From Salmonella phage SP1a, in the sequence record MF774688.1: 40,000 nucleotides of DNA, one strand, 5' to 3'. Position 1 is the first letter of the stretch. Each line of letters starts with the position of its first letter. The translations under genes were made by a program, and so were the position numbers. This document shows, piece after piece, positions 16,853 to 21,959 of this stretch. Below the pieces are notes generated by a model. That model saw nothing but the letters and a program-made list of their open reading frames with translations, did not search any database and was not told the DNA's origin.

Positions 16853-17371
16853 ATGAATGTTGATGAGCTAACACAGCACCTCTTATCTAGAGGATTTGAT
16901 ACAAATAAATATCATTGCTGGTTAAGTCCGGAAGGGTGGCTAACAGTCCCGTTGTATGACTTCTCCGGGATGTTGCGAGGCTATCAGACGTATAATCCTT
17001 CTGCTCCAAAAGGTCATGGTAAGTGTCCCTTTGAAGCTAAATATTTTACTTATTCTACTACCCAGTGTGTATGGGGACTAGAAACTCTCAATGGAGATGA
17101 AAAAGTAGTATTGATTGCTGAATCTGTATTTAAGGCAGTTGCGTTACATAACGCTGGTTATCCAGCCCTAGCAATGTTGGGTTCTTCTCCAGGAAAAGCG
17201 TTATTAAAGCAACTGAAATTACTACCTTTTAAATTGATAGCTGTCGGGGATAATGATCCTGCGGGTGAAAAATTTGCTAGAAAATTAAACGGCTTTGTTT
17301 CTCCTGTAGATGTAGATGAGATGTCTACCGAAAACTTGAAAAATTTTCTTGCTATGAAGCTAAATTTCTAA
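16853..17371 (+). CDS. TOPRIM-domain protein, primase-like; start revised downstream of promoter
   Basis: VVLIAESVFKAVALHNAGYPALAMLGSSPGKALLKQLKLLPFKLIAVGDNDPAG. Confidence 0.82.
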   Translation: MNVDELTQHLLSRGFDTNKYHCWLSPEGWLTVPLYDFSGMLRGYQTYNPSAPKGHGKCPFEAKYFTYSTTQCVWGLETLNGDEKVVLIAESVFKAVALHNAGYPALAMLGSSPGKALLKQLKLLPFKLIAVGDNDPAGEKFARKLNGFVSPVDVDEMSTENLKNFLAMKLNF

Positions 17372-17377
17372 TATAAT
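17349..17377 (+). promoter_or_regulatory. Promoter TTGCTA-17-TATAAT for tRNA-Ser/tRNA-CAU
   Basis: Overlaps end of TOPRIM gene. Confidence 0.8.
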
Positions 17378-17392
17378 ATATCTTATAAATTC

Positions 17393-17486
17393 GGAAGATT
17401 AACCCTAAAGGTAAGGGAGCTGTTTGCTAAACAGCCAGTAACTGTGGAAACATGGTGTGCCAGTTCGAGTCTGGCATCTTCCGCCA
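17393..17486 (+). tRNA. tRNA-Ser(GCU)
   Basis: GGAAGAT/ATCTTCC, loop TTGCTAA, long variable arm, GCCA end. Confidence 0.93.
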
Positions 17487-17492
17487 AACATA

Positions 17493-17567
17493 GGGTCGGT
17501 AGCTTAAAGTTAAAGCGGTGGCCTCATAAGCTAATGAGTAGGAGTTAGATTCTCCTCCGACCCACCA
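17493..17567 (+). tRNA. tRNA with CAU anticodon; atypical elbow
   Basis: GGGTCGG/CCGACCC, loop CTCATAA, D-loop AAAGTTA, T-loop TTAGATT, CCA encoded. Confidence 0.88.
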
Positions 17568-17582
17568 AATCAAGGAAATAAG

Positions 17583-17750
17583 ATGTATAGACATCCACCT
17601 CCGCCAACACGTCGTTCTAGGGAAGTCATCCTTATGGAATTGACTAAAAACTTCAAGGCAACTCTTGAAGATAGAGATCTAGGCACGGATGAAGACATTG
17701 ATTTTATTTGTAGACTATTAAAGATGAAACTGGAGAAACAACATGGCTAA
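17583..17750 (+). CDS. Small ORF (55 aa), absent from supplied track
   Basis: MYRHPPPPTRRSREVILMELTKNFKATLEDRDLGTDEDIDFICRLLKMKLEKQHG; RBS AAGG. Confidence 0.6.
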   Translation: MYRHPPPPTRRSREVILMELTKNFKATLEDRDLGTDEDIDFICRLLKMKLEKQHG

Positions 17751-17949
17751 TCCTGAAATTACTGCACAACGTTTCATGCTTAAAGGCATGATTGCTGAGG
17801 CAGGTATAACTCAAGAGGTTGCAGATTTTCATAAGCAATTTCTTGACATTATAACTCTAGCTAAAGAGACTGGAGAAAAAGAACATGGAGCGGCAATTAT
17901 GGCTATATCTCTTATTAGTCTAGACTTGGCTGAAGAATCTGGAGTTTAG
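17743..17949 (+). CDS. Hypothetical protein
   Basis: ORF with RBS GGAG. Confidence 0.7.
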   Translation: MANPEITAQRFMLKGMIAEAGITQEVADFHKQFLDIITLAKETGEKEHGAAIMAISLISLDLAEESGV

Positions 17950-17979
17950 CTCCTCCAAACAGAATTTTTAAAAATGTAC

Positions 17980-18009
17980 TTGCCTTTTGCTTTAAATTTC
18001 TGATATAAT
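17980..18009 (+). promoter_or_regulatory. Promoter TTGCCT-18-TATAAT
   Basis: Sequence match. Confidence 0.7.
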
Positions 18010-18039
18010 AGTTATATAAATTGATGAAGGAGTTAACGA

Positions 18040-18315
18040 ATGCAAAATCGTGTTGTAGCAGCTGGTATTGAAAGTGCAATCTGTAAATCCTGGGAAGGCT
18101 GGGAAGGTGAGATTGAATGGCTTTATTTCTACGATGTAGAACTTCTGCCGGAAATTAAAGCTAAATGTGTTGAAGCTGGCATGGCTCCGGATGCAAAAGC
18201 TGATATCGATATTTCAATGTCTGAGCTTAAGGGTCGTGTAATTACTGTTAGTGATGATGGCGAAGAAGTCTTCGAACTTCCATTCTCCTTAACTGTCACT
18301 CCTAAGTTCGACTAA
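18040..18315 (+). CDS. Hypothetical acidic protein
   Basis: ORF with promoter and RBS. Confidence 0.75.
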   Translation: MQNRVVAAGIESAICKSWEGWEGEIEWLYFYDVELLPEIKAKCVEAGMAPDAKADIDISMSELKGRVITVSDDGEEVFELPFSLTVTPKFD

Positions 18316-18323
18316 TTAATACA

Positions 18324-18362
18324 GCACTGAGCAAGTTCTTTAAAATTTAACTTGCTCAGTGC
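18324..18362. repeat. Perfect 14-bp inverted repeat overlapping a promoter -35
   Basis: GCACTGAGCAAGTT-11 nt-AACTTGCTCAGTGC. Confidence 0.9.
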
Positions 18363-18380
18363 CTTAAAACTTGGTATAAT
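18352..18380 (+). promoter_or_regulatory. Promoter TTGCTC-17-TATAAT
   Basis: Sequence match; -35 in right arm of the hairpin. Confidence 0.8.
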
Positions 18381-18404
18381 AGTTATCTAATTTGGAAAGT
18401 TCTT

Positions 18405-18505
18405 TTTAAGGTAGTTCTTACTTTAGTAGAGTAAATTTTTGGCAGATGGCCCCCACCATTTTACCGATAACTCCTAGTCAGTGTGGCAGCACTGGCTACC
18501 TTAAA
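18405..18505 (+). ncRNA. Candidate structured RNA module 1
   Basis: TTTAAGGTAG / CTACCTTAAA 10-bp closing helix with internal hairpins. Confidence 0.5.
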
Positions 18506-18513
18506 GAGAATTT

Positions 18514-18601
18514 GGGCGTTTATTCCGTAAGTGGTAGCGGAGGGGATTGTAAACCCCTGGTCATTGCGACTCGAGTGGTTCGACTCCATTAACGCCCACC
18601 A
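18514..18601 (+). tRNA. tRNA-Tyr(GUA)
   Basis: GGGCGTT/AACGCCC, loop TTGTAAA, long variable arm, CCA. Confidence 0.9.
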
Positions 18602-18608
18602 ATTTAAT

Positions 18609-18683
18609 GCACCTATCGTCTAGCGGTTAGGACACCACTCTTTCACAGTGGGAACACGAGTTCGTTCCTCGTTGGGTGTGCCA
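18609..18683 (+). tRNA. tRNA-Glu(UUC)
   Basis: Loop CTTTCAC, CCACT/AGTGG, GCCA end. Confidence 0.92.
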
Positions 18684-18700
18684 ATTTAAGGGAGCTGCTG

Positions 18701-18973
18701 ATGCATCCTGAAAACTTCTTTATTTACTGCGCGGATAAGTCGCTGAAACGTAGAATTAACAAAGTCTATCATTATCGTGCTAGTCAACAGCCTTATGTAT
18801 ATGCTTTTGACGGTGATCACATTCCACTAGAACAATTATCTTGTGATTACATGATATTGAAGAACTTTGACGAGACAAAGATCTCAAGCGTTCATAATCG
18901 ACAGAATCCCTTAACGTGGAAATATAAGAAGAAAAAGAAAGGCATCAAATTCTTAAAAAATGTAGTTGCTTAG
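18701..18973 (+). CDS. Hypothetical protein
   Basis: ORF with RBS GGGAG. Confidence 0.7.
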   Translation: MHPENFFIYCADKSLKRRINKVYHYRASQQPYVYAFDGDHIPLEQLSCDYMILKNFDETKISSVHNRQNPLTWKYKKKKKGIKFLKNVVA

Positions 18974-18994
18974 TTTCCAAAAGTTCTGTATAAT
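18966..18994 (+). promoter_or_regulatory. Promoter TTGCTT-17-TATAAT
   Basis: Sequence match. Confidence 0.8.
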
Positions 18995-19042
18995 AATTAC
19001 ATAAATTGAACTGGAGAAGCAACATGACAGAACAAGATAAAT

Positions 19043-19118
19043 CGACCGTTGGCTGAATGGCTTAGGCGAAGGATTGCAAATCCTTTTTATGTGAGTTCAA
19101 ATCTCATGCGGTCGTCCA
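19043..19118 (+). tRNA. tRNA-Cys(GCA)
   Basis: CGACCGT/GCGGTCG, loop TTGCAAA, CCA. Confidence 0.92.
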
Positions 19119-19120
19119 AT

Positions 19121-19260
19121 TTGCTGAAAGAATTGTTAAATCAATTCAGGCACGCGTAGGAACACTGTCTCCGTAATTGAAAGATGAGGCACGGTTTGGA
19201 GAGGTATGCCGCTACACGCTACGGTGCTAACTCCGTCTAGGTGAAAATCCTAGTCAGCAA
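19121..19260 (+). ncRNA. tRNA-like RNA with expanded central domain (module 2)
   Basis: TTGCTGA/TCAGCAA 7 bp, GAATTG/CAATTC hairpin, GGCAC-g-CGTAG / CTACG-GTGCT, T-arm-like CTAGG-TGAAAAT-CCTAG abutting the acceptor. Confidence 0.6.
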
Positions 19261-19270
19261 TATAAATTTA

Positions 19271-19353
19271 GGGTCGTTAGCCAAGCGGTTTGGCGGCGGA
19301 TTGTTAATCCGTGTCGAAAGACAACGTAGGTTCGAATCCTACACGGCCCGCCA
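19271..19353 (+). tRNA. tRNA-Asn(GUU) with 13-nt variable arm
   Basis: GGGTCGT/ACGGCCC, loop TTGTTAA, variable GTC-GAAA-GAC-AAC. Confidence 0.9.
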
Positions 19354-19355
19354 AA

Positions 19356-19428
19356 TTCTGTGTAGAGTTAAGTAAACCGGTAGCCAACCAGCTATCATTG
19401 CTGATATCGAATTCAGCCACAGATACCA
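19356..19428 (+). tRNA. tRNA-like element with encoded CCA; non-canonical, possible pseudo-tRNA
   Basis: TCTGTG/CACAGA, GCTGA-TATCGAAT-TCAGC, GGTAGC/GCTATC, A-CCA end; no clear four-arm fold. Confidence 0.5.
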
Positions 19429-19455
19429 TTTTCATTAATAACTGAGGAAACAAGC

Positions 19456-19641
19456 ATGTCCAAGAATGTAATTGCGCAGCTAGAAGTTCATCGTGATAGC
19501 ACTATCAACAATATTGAAGTTGAGAAGAAATACATCGAAGAACTTAAACATGATATACTAGTAAGTCTTAATCGTCTTAATGTACGAAAAGAGTTTCTTA
19601 AGGAACTTAATGCAGCTATTGAAAAACTCAAAGCTGAGTAA
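19456..19641 (+). CDS. Small coiled-coil-like protein
   Basis: ORF with RBS GAGG. Confidence 0.7.
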   Translation: MSKNVIAQLEVHRDSTINNIEVEKKYIEELKHDILVSLNRLNVRKEFLKELNAAIEKLKAE

Positions 19642-19650
19642 ATGAATTAT

Positions 19651-19727
19651 GCGACCGGGGCTGGCTTGGTAATGGTACTCCCCTGTCACGGGAGGGAATG
19701 TGGGTTCGAATCCCATCGGTCGCGCCA
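19651..19727 (+). tRNA. tRNA-Asp(GUC)
   Basis: GCGACCG/CGGTCGC, CTCCC-CTGTCAC-GGGAG, GCCA. Confidence 0.95.
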
Positions 19728-19753
19728 AATTAAACTAGCACGAGAAATATGCT

Positions 19754-20101
19754 ATGATTAATGCTAAAGAAGAATTGTTACTTGCCTTAAAGAATATTAA
19801 TTCTAAAGTTAAGTGCATTAAGATAGAATTCGGTTATTATGGGGACAAAGAAGTTTGGGTATTACCCGTAGGTTATACAGAAAAAGATATTGAAGATTTT
19901 CTAAATAATCTAGACTTTAAATATGATTCTGGTTATGGTGGACAATTACTTTATGGTAATGTATGGTTTACTGATGGAACTTGGTTAGAACGTGGTGAAT
20001 ACGACGGTTCTGAATGGTGGGAATATAAGGCTACACCAGCAATCCCAGAAGAATGCCGAACAATTAATGGTGAAGTAGATCGTACTTTACTATTAAATTA
20101 A
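19754..20101 (+). CDS. Hypothetical protein
   Basis: ORF in tRNA region. Confidence 0.75.
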   Translation: MINAKEELLLALKNINSKVKCIKIEFGYYGDKEVWVLPVGYTEKDIEDFLNNLDFKYDSGYGGQLLYGNVWFTDGTWLERGEYDGSEWWEYKATPAIPEECRTINGEVDRTLLLN

Positions 20102-20106
20102 CAAAA

Positions 20107-20213
20107 TTTCAGTGCAGAACACGGAGCTAGCAATTCGGAAGTGCTGACTCATGATAAGCCGCCTATGTACTTGCAAAGCGGTCGTGTCCAAGACTCGGAC
20201 TCTTGCACTGAAA
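20107..20213 (+). ncRNA. Candidate structured RNA module 3
   Basis: TTTCAGTGCA / TGCACTGAAA; ACACG/CGTGT; GCCGC/GCGGT; TAGCA/TGCTG. Confidence 0.6.
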
Positions 20214-20222
20214 ACAATCAAA

Positions 20223-20344
20223 CATTCTAGCGTGGTTGATGGGGAAACCAGCTTGGCTAGGGCAGAAGCTCGTTCGATTCGAGTGAAAGAATGGTTCTCG
20301 TAAGTCCGCACAAGTGATAACAGGTTCGAGCCCTGTCTAGAATG
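20223..20344 (+). ncRNA. tRNA-like RNA with 55-nt anticodon-position loop (module 4)
   Basis: CATTCTAG/CTAGAATG, TGGTT/AACCA D-arm, GCTTG/CAAGT, canonical T-arm ACAGG-TTCGAGC-CCTGT. Confidence 0.65.
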
Positions 20345-20355
20345 ACACTATAAAG

Positions 20356-20477
20356 TTTACTTATTATGTAGGTTCCGGTAGATCGGCGGGTCTATTCTGG
20401 CATTTAAGAGAGGTCTCGCAAACTTCTTTGTCAGCCGTGGGGTTGGTAGCCTCCAGGTGGCCTACACAATAAGTAAA
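20356..20477 (+). ncRNA. Candidate structured RNA module 5
   Basis: TTTACTTATTATGTAGG / CCTACACAATAAGTAAA, 16 of 17 pairs plus one A-C mismatch. Confidence 0.6.
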
Positions 20478-20493
20478 TTTATTAAAAATTCAT

Positions 20494-20522
20494 TTGCTAT
20501 TCTGCTTAATTATCTGTATAAT
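20494..20522 (+). promoter_or_regulatory. Promoter TTGCTA-17-TATAAT
   Basis: Sequence match. Confidence 0.85.
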
Positions 20523-20554
20523 ATATTTTATAAAGTGAATAGAAGGAAGGCTAA

Positions 20555-20752
20555 ATGAAGAAAGTTTTATTACTATCTGTATTCCTACTTACTGGTTGTT
20601 TTAAACTTGACTCAACCATTAATAAAGAGTATGAATTTGCTAAAAATTTCTGTGGCGGAGAGAGTAATATAAAGAATTTCTACATATATAGTACGATTCC
20701 TAGTACCGTCTATTGTATAGACGGACGAATTATTAATATTCCTCCACAATAA
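20555..20752 (+). CDS. Small lipoprotein (lipobox LTGC)
   Basis: MKKVLLLSVFLLTGCFKLDST; three further Cys. Confidence 0.8.
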   Translation: MKKVLLLSVFLLTGCFKLDSTINKEYEFAKNFCGGESNIKNFYIYSTIPSTVYCIDGRIINIPPQ

Positions 20753-20761
20753 AAGAATTAA

Positions 20762-20837
20762 CAGTGCGTAGCGCAGTTGGTAGCGTGGGAGCCTTGGATG
20801 CTTCGGGTCGCAGGTTCGAGTCCTGCCGCACTGACCA
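20762..20837 (+). tRNA. tRNA-Pro(UGG)
   Basis: CAGTGCG/CGCACTG, loop CTTGGAT, CCA. Confidence 0.93.
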
Positions 20838-20843
20838 AACAAT

Positions 20844-20919
20844 AGCGGGTGGGAGGCATAGAGTTCTTCTTAGTCTCATAAGCTAAGTAAGTCCAGGGCA
20901 GTACTGGAACCCGCTACCA
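20844..20919 (+). tRNA. tRNA with CAU anticodon; D-loop lacks GG and T-loop is GGCAGTA
   Basis: AGCGGGT/ACCCGCT, loop CTCATAA, TCCAG-GGCAGTA-CTGGA, CCA. Confidence 0.75.
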
Positions 20920-20937
20920 ATTTCAAGAAAAACGCAG

Positions 20938-20966
20938 TTGCTTGATGCTTAATTTCTTGTTATAAT
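20938..20966 (+). promoter_or_regulatory. Promoter TTGCTT-17-TATAAT placed directly before module 6
   Basis: Sequence match. Confidence 0.85.
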
Positions 20967-20974
20967 ATTTATAT

Positions 20975-21095
20975 AAATTGATGCGAAAATAGCTGCCTAG
21001 ATACCAGGTGTATGACGTCTACACTAGCAGAGCTACCGAAAAAGAGATCCTCAGGATAAACGTCGTAGCAAAATTAGTCTGGTATCCATCAATTT
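20975..21095 (+). ncRNA. Candidate structured RNA module 6
   Basis: AAATTGATG/CATCAATTT 9 bp plus GATACCAG/CTGGTATC 8 bp; GTGTA-TGACGTC-TACAC; GCTAC/GTAGC. Confidence 0.65.
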
Positions 21096-21100
21096 AGTTC

Positions 21101-21284
21101 ATTAAGGTATTAGCTCGACCTAGGACTGGCTGCCAAAAAGCACGATCCCTACGATTTGGGAGAAGTTCTAGATTAGTCCACTAGATTCAGCGGCAACTGA
21201 ATAGTGTATCGGGTTTGCGAGATGACGCAGTTCCTTCCGCTCGAAGCGAAGGTGCTGTAGTTACGCCGAGCTAATAGCCTTAGT
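21101..21284 (+). ncRNA. Candidate structured RNA module 7
   Basis: AAGGTATTAGCTCG / CGAGCTAATA-g-CCTT 14 bp with one bulge; internal ATTCAG/CTGAAT and CCTTcCGCT/AGCGAAGG. Confidence 0.65.
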
Positions 21285-21299
21285 AAACTAAAGAATTTG

Positions 21300-21384
21300 G
21301 GGTTAGTGGTGTAATTGGTAGCCACGAGGGTCTTAGAAGCCCTTGCTTAAGTGCGTGAGAGTTCGAGTCTCTCCTAACCCACCA
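21300..21384 (+). tRNA. tRNA-Leu(UAG)
   Basis: GGGTTAG/CTAACCC, loop CTTAGAA, long variable arm, CCA. Confidence 0.92.
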
Positions 21385-21396
21385 AACAATTTATAT

Positions 21397-21491
21397 GGTA
21401 GGTCAATCCAACGGCTGGCGCTGGACTCCGACTTGAAATCGGTTGATCGTAGTGATACGGTGTAAGGGTTCGATCCCCTTACCTACCTCCA
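21397..21491 (+). tRNA. tRNA-Ser(UGA)
   Basis: GGTAGGT/ACCTACC, loop CTTGAAA, long variable arm, CCA. Confidence 0.92.
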
Positions 21492-21497
21492 AATCTT

Positions 21498-21626
21498 GAA
21501 GTATGCCGGAATCGGTAGACGGGGCTGCCTAAAAGGTTTATAGGGAACATCCACTCCCTGCAACATACCTCATAAAGCGGCTGAGATAAATGGTCTATCT
21601 CGTGAAGGTTCAAGTCCTTCTACTTC
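21498..21626 (+). ncRNA. tRNA-Leu-like gene with 43-nt insertion at the anticodon arm (module 8)
   Basis: GAAGTA/TACTTC, Leu-type D-arm GCCGGAATCGGTAGAC, GGCTG-CCTAAAA...CGGCT, variable arm GAGATA/TATCTC, T-arm GAAGG-TTCAAGT-CCTTC. Confidence 0.6.
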
Positions 21627-21641
21627 TTGATACACCTATGG

Positions 21642-21745
21642 CTCAAAGTGTAACGGTGCTATTTGATGCTCTTAGTAAGACTTTCCCGACATGCGTTCGG
21701 GAGTAAGCTGCTAAGGCTAGAGTAGAAGAGTTTCTGAGAGCCGCC
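21642..21745 (+). ncRNA. Candidate structured RNA module 9
   Basis: GGCTC/GAGCC, CTTAG/CTAAG, TCCCGA-CATGCGT-TCGGGA. Confidence 0.4.
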
Positions 21746-21861
21746 ACAATTGAAAATTCGTACTCGTCTTGAGCTGCGTGCAATAGGAGATAACTTGATT
21801 AGTATTCTAGAACATGCTAGTTGAGGAAGGTTTCGCTAACCCTGCGAGTTTTCAATTGTGG
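21746..21861 (+). ncRNA. Candidate structured RNA module 10, overlaps tRNA-His 5' end
   Basis: CCACAATTGAAAA / TTTTCAATTGTGG 13 perfect bp. Confidence 0.65.
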
Positions 21862-21934
21862 CTATATCATAATTGGTTAATGATCCTGATTGTGAATCAG
21901 GCCTATGTGGATTCGAATTCCACTAGCCACCCCA
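21858..21934 (+). tRNA. tRNA-His(GUG)
   Basis: GTGGCTA/TAGCCAC, loop TTGTGAA, C73-CCA encoded. Confidence 0.93.
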
Positions 21935-21959
21935 AATTAACTTAAATAGGAAATAAAAT

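Noticed and set aside
20612-20842. Minus-strand ORF MFGQCGRTRTCDPKHPRLPRYQLRYALL
   Set aside because: Classic artefact of translating antisense through a tRNA gene (tRNA-Pro, 20762-20837); no RBS or independent support.
21498-21626. Group I or II self-splicing intron inside the tRNA-Leu-like gene
   Set aside because: The insert is only about 43 nt, far below the size needed for group I/II catalytic cores.
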